A stretch of DNA of 64,000 nt from Mobula hypostoma (taxonomy: Eukaryota), in contig NC_086097.1 of the NCBI RefSeq assembly GCF_963921235.1, positions 35,404,001-35,468,000 on the forward strand, written 5' to 3'. This document shows positions 13,232 through 24,084 of the stretch, one piece after another (positions within the stretch are counted from its first letter, which is position 1; each line of letters begins with the position of its first letter). Under the pieces are notes generated by a model. It ran no database searches, had not been told where the DNA came from, and was given only the letters and a program-made list of their open reading frames with translations. Both the position numbers and the translations under genes were made by a program.

Positions 13232-13522
13232 TTAAGATGGAATTAAACAAGCAGATGGAGGACACACACCATATGCAGTCAGATGGGGTCAGTTTAGATT
13301 GGCGTTGTGGTTGTCACAGACATAGTGGGCTGAATGGTCTCTCCAGAGTTGTTCTACTAACATTACTTTAATTAGTTAGCCCTTGTGAAGTTTCTAGTTA
13401 AGTGCACCATAAGTTATATTTTCTCTTTCCTTTTTGTACCCATGAAATGATGTTTTAGTAAGATTAATATGATGGAGAATTTGCACTGAAGTCACTGGGG
13501 TTGAGTTTAACTTGTTGCAGCC

Positions 13523-13818
13523 TTTGTAATGTCAATGACAAAGGCAGGCCATAATTATCAGATGTAAATTAGGTTTTGAGTTGTCAGTGGGAGACCCCTA
13601 CTACCTTCATCCTGCCTTTCCCATCTCACCCAGGGACTGTTTAGAGTGGAAAGGGTCAAAGTTGTTCAAGTCGGTGTACAGTCACAAGCCTACAGTGTTC
13701 TGCCATGAAGGCATCTTATCCTTACTGAATTTAATTTAGCTGAGAATCCCCCACTGGGAACTCAAAACCTAATTTACATCTAAAAATTATGACCTGCCTT
13801 TGTCACTGACATTGCAAA
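13523..13818. repeat. Inverted repeat, 69-bp arms, ~158-bp spacer
   Basis: 13523-13591 and 13750-13818 are reverse complements with about 7 mismatches by hand count. Confidence 0.9.
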
Positions 13819-14578
13819 ATCGTTTATAACTACAGCTTCATATCTACATGAGTTAGGAGTCTGTATAGTTGCCACTTGTGTTACAGTGGGATTTCCTCTC
13901 GACCAATGAGACCCAGAAACCAGCTATTTGGCCCACTAAATCATGCGACCATCCAGCTCCCATTTTCTGCTAATCCTGCGCGAATCCCCTTTTATTCTCC
14001 AACATTCTCCTGAACTCCGGTTAGGTTCTGTCACTCGCCTCCACGTTACAGTGGCCAATAAACCTAGCAATCTGCAAACCTTTGGGATGTGGGTGGAAAC
14101 TGGGAGCATTCATTTCATTCATTCTTCCCACGGGGGGGTGGGGGGGGTGGTGTTATCACAGATAACACCAGTTGTCAAGTCCAAACCTGAGTTTGGGAGC
14201 TCCAAGATTGTTCTCTTCTCATTGCTGCCATCAGGAAGGAGGTACAGATGTCTGGAACAGCTTCTCCCCTTTGCCATTGGACTCCTAAATGGACAATGAA
14301 CACATGAATATTACCTCACTTTTTAAATATATTATTTCTGTTTTTGCACTGTTTTATATCCATTTAATATACATGTACTTACTGTAATTGTTTCACATGT
14401 CATTTTTTTCTTTCTGTATTTTAGATAGATAGATAGATAGACGTAATTTATTGATTCTGAGGGAAATTGAGTTTCATTACAGCTGCACCAACCAAGAATA
14501 GAGCATAAATATAGCAATACAAAAACCACAAACAATCAAACAACAATATGCAAACTATGCCAGATGGAAATAAGGTGC

Positions 14579-14614
14579 AGTCGACGTTTCAGGCCGAGAC
14601 CCTTCGTCAGGACT
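14579..14614 (-). ncRNA. Minimal type I hammerhead ribozyme (PLE terminus)
   Basis: Minus strand reads AGUC-CUGACGA-AGG(GUCUCGG)CCU-GAAA-CGUC-GACU: helix I AGUC/GACU, intact core, GUC cleavage triplet. Confidence 0.85.
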
Positions 14615-15783
14615 AACTGAAGGAAGAGTAAGGGATTTGAAAGTTGGAGGGGGAGGGGGAGATCCAAAATGATAGGAGAAGACAGGAGGGGGAGGGATAG
14701 AGCCAAGAGCTGGACAGGTGATAGACAAAAGGGGATACGAGAGGATCATGGGACAGGAGGTCCGGGAAGAAAGACGGGGGGGGGAACGCAGAGGATGAGC
14801 AAGAGGTATATTCAGAGGGACAGAGGGAGAAAAAAGAGAGTGAGAGAAAGAATGTGTGCATAAAAATGAGTAACAGATGGGGTACGAGGGGGAGGTGGGG
14901 CCTTAGCGGAAGTTAGAGAAGTCGATGTTCATGCCATCAGGTTGGAGGCTACCCAGACGGAATATAAGGTGTTGTTCCTCCAACCTGAGTGTGGCTTCAT
15001 CTTTACAGTAGAGGAGGCCATGGATAGACATGTCAGAATGGGAATGGGATGTGGAATTAAAATGTGCGGCCACTGGGAGATCCTGCTTTCTCTGGCGGAC
15101 AGAGCGTAGATGTTCAGCAAAGCGGTCTCCCAGTCTGCGACGAGTCTCGCCAATATATAAAAGGCCACATCGGGAGCACCGGACGCAGTATATCACCCCA
15201 GTCGACTCACAGGTGAAGTGTTGCCTCACCTGGAAGGACTGTTTGGGGCCCTGAATGGTGGTGATGGAGGAAGTGTAAGGGCATGTGTATCCCTGCGGAA
15301 TGCAGAGGGGGGGGGAGGGAAAGATGTGCTTCGTGGTGGGATCCCGTTGGAGGTGGCGGAAGTTACGGAGAATAATATGTTGGACCCGGAGGCTGGTGGG
15401 GTGGTAGGTGAGGACCAGGGGAACCCTATTCCTAGTGGGGTGGCGGGAGGATGGAGTGAGAGCAGATGTACGTGAAATGAGGGAGATGCGTTTAAGAGCA
15501 GAGTTGATAGTGGAGGAAGGGAAGCCCCTTTCTTTAAAAAAGGAAGACATCTCCCTCGTCCTAGAATGAAAAGCCTCATCCTGAGAGCAGATGCGGCGGA
15601 GACGGAGGAATTGCGAGAAGGGGATGGCGTTTGTGCAAGAGACAGGGTGAGAAGAGGAATGCAGTCGTCGATGTAGCGAAGGAAAAGTGGGAGACAGATA
15701 CCAGAATAGGCACGGAACATAGATTGTTCCACAAACCCAACAAAAAGGCAGGCATAGCTAGGACCCATACGGGTACCCATAGC

Positions 15784-16851
15784 TACATCGACGACTGCAT
15801 TGGCGCTGCTTCCTGCATGCATGCAGAACTCGTTGACTTTATTAACTTTGCCTCCAACTTTCACCCTGCCCTCAAGTTTACCTGGTCCATTTCCGACACC
15901 TCCCTCCCCTTTCGAGATCTTTCTGTCTCTGTCTCTGGAGACAGCTTATCCACTGATGTCTACTATAAGCCTACTGACTCTCACAGCTATCTGGACTATT
16001 CCTCTTCTCACCCTGTCTCTTGCAAAAACGCCATCCCCTTCTCGCAATTCCTCCGTCTCCGCCGCATCTGCTCTCAGGATGAGGCTTTTCATTCTAGGAC
16101 GAGGGAGATGTCTTCCTTTTTTAAAGAAAGGGGCTTCCCTTCCTCCACTATCAACTCTGCTCTTAAACGCATCTCCCCCATTTCACGTACATCTGCTCTC
16201 ACTCCATCCTCCCGCCACCCCACTAGGAATAGGGTTCCCCTGGTCCTCACCTACCACCCCACCAGCGTCCGGGTCCAACATATTATTCTCCGTAACTTCC
16301 GCCACCTCCAACGGGATCCCACCACGAAGCACATCTTTCCCTCCCCCCCTCTCTCTGCATTCCGCAGGGATCGCTCCCTACACAACTCCCTTGTCCATTC
16401 ATCCCCCCCATCCCTCCCCACTGATCTCCCTCCTGGCACTTATCCGTGTAAGCGGAACAAGTGCTACACATGCCCTTACACTTCCTCCCTTACCACCATT
16501 CAGGGCCCCAAACAGTCCTTCCAGGTGAGGCATCACTTCACCTGTGAGTCGGCTGGGGTGATATACTGCGTCCGGTGCTCCCGATGTGGCCTTTTATATA
16601 TTGGCGAGACCCGACGCAGACTGGGAGACCGCTTTGCTGAACATCTACACTCTGTCCACCAGAGAAAGCAGGGTCTCCCAGTGGCCACAAATTTTAATTC
16701 CACATCCCATTCCCACTCTGACATGTCTATCCACGGCCTCCTCTACTGTAAAGATGAAGCCACACTCAGGTTGGAGGAACAACACCTTATATTCCGTCTG
16801 GGTAGCCTCCAACATGATGGCATGAACATCGACTTCTCTAACTTCCGCTAA
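15784..16851 (+). pseudogene. PLE polyprotein C-terminal part: RT from YIDD, plus GIY-YIG endonuclease (5'-truncated, open frame)
   Basis: YIDDCIG...NFHPALKFT...VYYKPTDSHSYLDYSSSHP...C-C linker...GVIYCVRCSRCGLLYIGETRRRLGDRFAEH...GMN. The first ~50 aa of ORF 15631 are antisense read-through of the inverted segment. Confidence 0.92.
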
Positions 16852-17147
16852 GGCCCCACCTCCCCCTCGTACCCCATCTGTTACTTATTTTTATGCACAC
16901 ATTCTTTCTCTCACTCTCTTTTTTCTCCCTCTGTCCCTCTGAATATACCTCTTGCCCATCCTCTGGGTTCCACCCCCCCCTTGTCTTTCTTCCCGGACCT
17001 CCTGTCCCATGATCCTCTCGTATCCCCTTTTGCCTATCACCTGTCCAGCTCTTGGCTCTATCCCTCCCCCTCCTGTCTTCTCCTATCATTTTGGATCTCC
17101 CCCTCCCCCTCCAACTTTCAAATCCCTTACTCACTCTTCCTTCAGTT

Positions 17148-17183
17148 AGTCCTGACGAAGGGTTTCGGCCTGAAACGTCGACT
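17148..17183 (+). ncRNA. Minimal type I hammerhead ribozyme (PLE terminus)
   Basis: AGUC-CUGACGA-AGG(GUUUCGG)CCU-GAAA-CGUC-GACU. Confidence 0.85.
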
Positions 17184-17584
17184 GCAACTACAGATGCTGC
17201 CTGGCCTGCTGCATTCACCAGCAACTTTGATGTGTGTTGCTTGAATTTCCAGCATCTGCAGAATTCCTGTTGTTTCCAGATGGAAATAAGTCCAGGACCA
17301 GCCTATTGGCTCAGGGTGTCTGACCCTTCACGGGAGGAGCTGCAAAGTTCGACGGCCGCGGGCAGGAACAACCTCCCGTGATGCCCAGTGTTGTATCTCG
17401 GTGGAATATGGCCGGAGTCCAACAGCAAAAAGTTCAATATCCGGGCTACAATCTCGTTCGTCGATCGTAATATGACCAGGATTGTGTATTGTACTGCTGC
17501 TGCTAAGTTAGCAAATTTCACGACATGTGCTGGTGATAATAAACCTGATTCTGATTCTGAAGATAGAAGCTCCTGCAGTTTCTT

Positions 17585-17912
17585 TCTCAGTCTTCAACCA
17601 TCAGGCTCCTGAACTGTGTGATTAACTTTACTCACCTCAATTCTCAGCTGATTTCACAAACTATGGACTAATTATCAAGGATTCTACAACTCATGCTCTC
17701 AGTATCGTTTATTTACCTGTTTGTGTTTTAATCTGCACAATTTGTCTTCTTTTGTACATCAGTTGCTTGCCTGTCTTTGTGTCTAGTTCTTCATTGATTC
17801 TGTTTGTATTTTTTTGTTCTATAAGAAATGAACACCTGCAAGAAAATGAATCTCAGGGTTGCAGGTGGTGATATTTAGGTACTTAGAGGACAAATTTACT
17901 TTGAACTCTGAG
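17585..17912 (+). mobile_element. Rex1/Babar-like LINE 3' UTR fragment
   Basis: Collinear with 925-1240 (caaccatcaggct...cctgcaagaaaatgaatctcagggt...tttactttgaactctg). Confidence 0.7.
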
Positions 17913-18697
17913 TCACATCTCAGTCTTGCCCAGGTGGTAATAACTGAGAAGCTGTTCATTCTGTAAAGGTTCAGTGTGGGAGTCAACCTGTTCTTCTACA
18001 TGTGGATATTTCCTACCATGCTTCATTTGTTCTGAGCAAATGTACCAGTAATGTTCAGAAAGAGCAGTTTGGCAGGATGGTGGTTTGGATCCCAGCATTG
18101 CCACTCTGTCATCTAAGGAATAAAAACGACAACAGGTTCATTGAACTCTTAGGAAGCCCATTAATCGAGTGAATGTTGATATCGTGAAGTTTCATTTTGA
18201 TTGCTTGATAAGTCAGGGAAGCCCTTTAGTCACCGGAGTGCACAATGCTGTAATGTGGATCCTCTTGCAGTTAGGAAGAATTGGACTATTAATCACCGGA
18301 AAATGATGTTCAGGAAGAAGGTGTCACTCAATATCTTCATCAGCATGCAGGCACCCTGATGAAAGAGATGACAATATCACAAACAATATAGAACAATGGG
18401 TGTTCAATTATCGCAACCCTTTCTAACAGAATGGATGTACAGTGGAAGTGATAATGCAATCAAACACTTTGTTGCAATGGACATAACAAGCATTGCTTTA
18501 CATTTGCAATGCATTTTATGTTGTTCAGGGGAAACATTCCTTAAAAGGGAAAGCAGAGTCTGTCAATGTGACTTTATCATCTTCTTCACTTCTCCACGAG
18601 GTGGCTTTTTGGGATAATCCCTTCAGAAATTCACCACAGTATAATATTCAATGCTAATCTTACAACAAATTCCTGAAGTTTTAGCTACTAAAGACAA

Positions 18698-19265
18698 TTT
18701 GGCGAAGCCAAATTTGGAGCATTGTGTGCAGTTCTGGTCACCTAACTATAGGAAGGATACCAGTAAGATTGAAAGAGTACAAAGAAGATTTACTAGGATG
18801 TTGTCGGGTCTTCAGAAGTTGAGCTACAGGGAAAGATTGAACAGGTTAGGTCTTTATTCCTTGGAGTCTAGAAGAATAAGGGGAGATTTGATAGAGGTTT
18901 ACAAAATTATGAGGGCTATAGACAGAGTAAATGCGAGTAGGCTCTTTCCAGTTAGATTAGGAGAGGAAAAATGCCAGAGGGCATGGCTTTAGGGTGAAAG
19001 GGGAAAGGTTTAGGGGGAACATTAGGGGGAACTTCTTCACTCAGAGAGTGGTGGGAGTGTGGAACTAGCTGCCATCTGATGTGGTAAATGCGGGCTCACC
19101 CTTAAGTTTTAAGAATAAATTGGATAGATACATGGATGGGAGAGGTCTGGTGGGTTGTGGACTGGGTGCCGGTCAATGGGACTACGGAATAAAGTTTTGG
19201 CACAAACTAGAAGGGCTGAATAATCTGTACTCTGTGCTGTAGTGTTCTGTGGTTCTATGGTTCTA
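18698..19265 (+). mobile_element. CR1 LINE 3' fragment
   Basis: LAKPNLEHCVQFWSPNYRKD...ERVQRRFTRM...RGDLIEVYKIM, then a (ttctatgg)n tail. Similar to the copy at 1370-1692. Confidence 0.92.
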
Positions 19266-19339
19266 ATCCAACATTTGAACCCAATCAGCAGAGGGTTTTC
19301 TTTACGCTCCCACTCCTTGTCAACCTGATGGCATCAGGT

Positions 19340-19645
19340 CGGTACTCTCCAACCTGATGGCATGAGTATCGATTTTTCTTTCCCCAGTGAACAAATTTCT
19401 CCCTCACCTCCCTCTTCCTCTATTCCCCACTCAGACCTTCCTCTTCTCACCTGCCTGTAACTTTCCTCTGGGTCCACTCCTCCTTCCCTTTCTTCTATTG
19501 TCCACTCTCCTCTCCTATCAGATTCTTTTTTCTCCAGCCTTTGACCATTCCCACCCACCTGACTTCACCAGTCATCTTCCAGATAGCCTCTTTCCCCTAA
19601 CCCCACCTTTTTATTCTGGCATGCCCCCCCCCGCCCCTTCATTTC
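19340..19645 (+). mobile_element. PLE 3' fragment
   Basis: G.LQPDGM.IDFS coding end followed by the pyrimidine-rich PLE 3' UTR. Confidence 0.75.
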
Positions 19646-21461
19646 CAAAATCATCCTTGTGAACCTCCTCTGGACTCTCTCCCATGCAGAATCATCAGCT
19701 TAAAATTTATTTTCTTAAGGAGCACTGATATTCCTTTCATTGTACCTATCCTAAAGCTAGAACAAGTGAAAATTCAACACACCTGAAATCATCTAATGAC
19801 GAATGAAAAAATATCAAGAGAATTTTCTTGTCTCAGTAGCTGAAATTTAATAATCATTATATTGTTTGGAGTTTTCTGATATGCAGATCTGATAATGTCA
19901 TTGGCTCCCTGCTAACTACTGTGTCAAATAATTGTGAAGTCTGGTACTCACCCTGAAGGGACAATCATTAGCAAATAACTATTTTAAGCAGAATTGCATA
20001 TAAAATCTCGATGGAAACAAAGGTCTTTCTCCCCCAACTTTTAATCTATTATCTCTGGCATTAATAATAGCATACTTCCAGAAATTTCACAGATGCTTTT
20101 TGAGCATTGCTGATAACTACTCAATAGCTATGAGGCAAGGAGAACAACGAGTAGAACAAGCCAAGGACAAGATAGCATCAATAGCACTTAATGAAACAGA
20201 CAAAATTAGTTGTGAACATTTAAAATGAATGAGTGATGGATGATATCTGATCAAAAATGTGGCCCAGTAAGTAGTACAAGGAGGAGCAGAGACCTGAAAA
20301 GTGTTGGTCAAAAGGAGCCTAAGTTGGGACATTACAAGGCAACATTCCTCGTGAACAACGTTAATGAACCTGTTCCTGTTAAGTCAGCCTCTTGACCCAA
20401 TAGGACCTCATAATCAGAATCAGAATCAGAATCGGGTTTATTAACACCGGCATGTATCATGAAATTTGCTAATTTAGCAGCAGCAGTTCAATGCAATACA
20501 TAATATAGAGGAAAATAACAATAATAATAAATAAGTAAATCAATTACAGTATACGTATATTGAATAGATTAACAATCATGCAAAAAACAGAAATAATATA
20601 TATTAATAAAGTGAGGTAGTGTTCAACTCTATTCAAAAGGCTTTAAATGAGAATTTGCACCTGGCACTTTAGATCCCAACCTAATGCAACTAAACCCCAT
20701 TTTTACTTAAAAATATCCTTCAGCTTTCCAGGAAGTCAATAGATTTTTTTAATGCTATGCCTCCAGTCGGTCATTAATACTATGAACTTACTGTTTCTTA
20801 AAAGCAATACTAGGTACCTAATTTAGCTTTCTAATCCTTCAAACCACTAGCCTTTTTTCTAATAATTAACCTTCAACGAAAACACTTTCTAACTGTTTGC
20901 ACCATAGTAAAATTTTGCTATTGTTCCTATTGGTTTTTTCTTTCATCCAAACTACCTGTGATGTTACCTGCATCCTCAAACCCAATCCAAGGTGAAAACT
21001 TAACTTCCTTAATGAAAGACATCCCTCTGAAATATTATGATTCAGTCTGTCGAAATAGAATCTCTACATGACTGTGCTCAGTTATTTGACTCGCTTTCCT
21101 TGTTGAGTTGGCCTGTACAATTTGGATATTTGCATCTCTTTTGATGTGTAGATATTTTTCTCAAAGAAGTTAATAGATAAGCTGTTGGAATGTTGTAAAT
21201 TGCTGAGAGAAAGCTGTGAACAGTTGTCTCAGTACAAGCAATTGTTAATCAATGCAACAGAAGTGTGTGAATGAGATGCAGTTGCAGGAGGGGAAGGCAT
21301 TTACTTGCAAAAGGAAAGAGCTATTCCTTGAAATTTGTAATTCCTGTTCCTAGTGGACCTGGTGAAGAATATTTAACTTCTCACTGAGAACACAGAACAG
21401 TGTGGCACACGAGCAGGCCTTCAGCTACAATGTTATGCCAAAGCAATTAAATTAATTAATC

Positions 21462-21637
21462 ACGCAAACACAAGGAAATCTGCAGATGCTGGAATTTCAA
21501 GCAACACACATCAAAGTTGCTGGTGAACGCAGCAGGCCAGGCAGCATCTCTAGGAAGAGGTACAGTCGATGTTTCGGGCTGAGACCCTTCGTCAGGACTA
21601 ACTGAAAGAAGATCTAGTAAAAGATTTGAAAGTGGGG
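21462..21637 (-). mobile_element. PLE 3' terminus with hammerhead variant
   Basis: Matches 17110-17275 on the minus strand. Hammerhead at 21564-21599 reads CUGACGA...GAAACAUC. Confidence 0.85.
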
Positions 21638-21639
21638 AA

Positions 21640-21772
21640 ACTGGAGAACCTAGACGAAACCCATGCAGTCACAGGGCGAATGTACAAACACCTTACAGGC
21701 AGCGACAGGAATTGAACCCTGGCCACTGGTACGGTCAAGTGTTGTGCTAATCACTGCGCTACAGTGCTGCCT
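21640..21772 (-). mobile_element. tRNA-derived V-SINE 5' part
   Basis: Minus strand has A box tagcgcagtg and B box ggttcaattcc. Collinear with the SINE at 48245-48400. Confidence 0.7.
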
Positions 21773-21774
21773 TG

Positions 21775-22015
21775 GCCAACCTTTCACTATAGTGTTTGCC
21801 CTCCAATCCAGGCAGCGTTCTGGTAAACCTCTTCTACACCTTTTCCAAGTCTTCACATCCTTTCTACAATGGGGTGAATGGAACTGTGTGAAATACTTGA
21901 GATGCAGACTAACTAGAGTTTCAAAAAGTTGCAACATAACTTCCTGACTTTTGAACTCAGTGACTTGATTAATAAAGGCAAGCATGCCATATCTCTTCTA
22001 AACCACCCTATCAAC
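21775..22015 (-). mobile_element. CR1 fragment
   Basis: MLAFINQ.TEFKSQEVMLQLF.TLV..HL.Y..QF.SPH.RKDV. Confidence 0.8.
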
Positions 22016-23085
22016 CAGTGTACTTCTCACAAAATATTCTGAACGTACTGAGGGAAGTGGCCTGTCTTCCACATCTTGGAGTTCCAAAGCCATCAAGCAA
22101 AGTCAGAGCGAACCTCTGTACCACTTGGATTCAGAACGCTTGGTCTCATGAACAACAGAGACAGAAAGTTTATGCATATTTCCAGTGCAATGGCCAAGTC
22201 CTCCTTCTTTATTATTAGTCTTCATGTTTATTTTCCATTTCCTTAGTAGTTTCACTTAAACTACTAGGCCATCACAAATTCGAAGTGAAGCTCACACAGT
22301 TTAAATTAACCTTTCAATTCTATAGATTACAGAGCATATGGAATAGGGCATCTCTGGGTTTGCAGCTAATTGTCCTTTGTAGTTACTGGAGAGCAACTGG
22401 CTAAAAGAATTGCCTGTTTAGTCGTATAAAGCTGAAATAATATTATTTTATATTTTAGACATATACATATAGTATAACATTGATGGAGTGTACATTGTTG
22501 AATGAGACAAAAGGGACTGCAACTGTTGTTAACTGAAGAAAAAGCAAAGAGAACAAGGAACTGAACAGGCTGAGCAGGATTTTTGGAGGTGAAAGGATGG
22601 TAGGACCCCTCATCAGGATTGGGAGTGTAAAGGGGAGAGATTGCCAGATTAAAGGGCTGAAATGGAAGGGTGAGGTGAAGCACAGTCAGGCAAGTGACAA
22701 GTGAGAAAGGGGTCATTGGCAGATGGCGCCAACTGGTAACCAGGTTGCTTAAGGTTTGGTTGTAATAAACTCTAATTTATCAAGGATTAACAGGCAATCT
22801 TAAACTGATTCTATGGTGAATTCAAAGGCCTCATATGGAATCAGTTCTATATTCTTACAGCCAAATATTGAATGCCCTCAGTGTCCTTTTCTTTTGGAAA
22901 CTTCTATCCCTAAAGATGTGTATTTTAATGCATTAGATCTTCAGTTCATACTTCCTATTACTGATCACTGCAAATTCTAAATGCACTACACAACCATAAG
23001 ATAACCCTATGGACGACCTGATTCTTCACCAATGTTGCCTACTGAAGCATCATGGGAGATGGAAACATTGAGACAATGGCTGTGG

Positions 23086-23167
23086 CTCTCTCTCCCTCTC
23101 TCTCTCTCTCTCCCTCTCCCTCTCCCACCCTCTGTCTCTCACCCTCCATCTCTCCCTCCCCCCTCCA

Positions 23168-23205
<38 letters not shown>

Positions 23206-23216
23206 CCACCCTCCAT
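23086..23216. repeat. (CT)n-rich microsatellite
   Basis: Direct inspection. Confidence 0.95.
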
Positions 23217-23441
23217 CTTACTGAATGACAAAATAAGGAATCAAATGCCCTACATCTATTCCTAATTCCTTAATTGTCAGTAAGTAGCATTTTTTTTTTG
23301 AAGAGTACCCGATTCCAAAGCAAAATCTTTGAAGGATGTGTTGAATATTCCACTTTTCTTGGTGCACTACAAGACCTTCACATTGTCTCATTGAATTACC
23401 GGTATAAGTGTATGTAAGAATGATGGGCTGTGTGGTTTGTT

Positions 23442-23461
23442 TCTCTCCCTCTCTCTCTCTC

Positions 23462-23530
<69 letters not shown>
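23442..23530. repeat. (CT)n microsatellite
   Basis: Direct inspection. Confidence 0.95.
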
Positions 23531-24084
23531 GTTTATTCTGTAATTCCATAATATGCTGATTCTTTCAGAATTTGAGAAAGTGCCTGAGTAGGTACATGAA
23601 AACAGCAGGCTGATATTTAGAAGAAATTGAATTGTTTAAGAAAGTAATAACTGAATGTGTCTGACACATGAGGTGACCTCGTTCTGACAGTTTCTGCAGG
23701 AAAGCTGGAGCACATCCATCAAATAAGCTGAAACTGATATAATGACAAACACTGTCATTTCCTTACCATAGACTTCATATACCTTGGAACGTAGTTATCA
23801 TTTCCTTCCATTTGACCAGTAGCAATACCTCCTCCCTCAATGCAGACATTATGATATGCAATCATAGCTTGACAACAATTCATTCTCTGTTCTTGGCTGA
23901 GAACCTGTTAGACTCAAATAAACATCATAGATTAAACTCTGCATAAACTCTTCTCCTTGAGTGTTGCACAGGAGATATGTTTCTTGATGTCTCAAAGGTT
24001 ATAGGTTTCAAAATTACAGGAATTGAACATTTTTGCACTTTAGAGAAAGAATATTCTGTAGAATTTAGAGCATTTCTTGTCGTT

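Larger units (their letters stand above)
11110..13350 (+). mobile_element. Old CR1 copy interrupted by an L1/Tx1 insertion and a piggyBac-type MITE
   Basis: Eroded DFSKAFD.V.H.RL, GSVLG.LLF, W...F...KCEV motifs. The CR1 sequence resumes after 12646 and again after 13235. Confidence 0.8.
14575..17275. mobile_element. Penelope-like element: single foldback insertion with a minus arm and a plus arm
   Basis: Minus arm 14575-~15786 and plus arm ~15782-17275 are near-identical inverted copies. 15-bp TSD CCAGATGGAAATAAG at 14560-14574 and 17276-17290. Confidence 0.95.
14422..17480 (-). mobile_element. Internally deleted Rex1/Babar-like element (3' part), split by the PLE insertion at 14575-17275
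   Basis: 14422-14574 plus 17276-17480 rejoin to match the uninterrupted copy at ~45733-46065. (tatc)n tail. Confidence 0.9.

Noticed and set aside
15631..16851. 406-aa ORF as an intact novel RT-nuclease gene
   Set aside because: Its first ~50 codons are the antisense reading of the inverted PLE segment. The RT lacks all motifs upstream of YIDD, so the ORF is a junction artefact.
17913..18360. Possible minus-strand exons (acceptor-like sites at ~18113 and ~18356)
   Set aside because: No recognisable protein similarity, weak donors and no consistent frame with other candidates.
23032..23265. Low-complexity Leu/Ser/Pro ORF
   Set aside because: Translation of a CT microsatellite.
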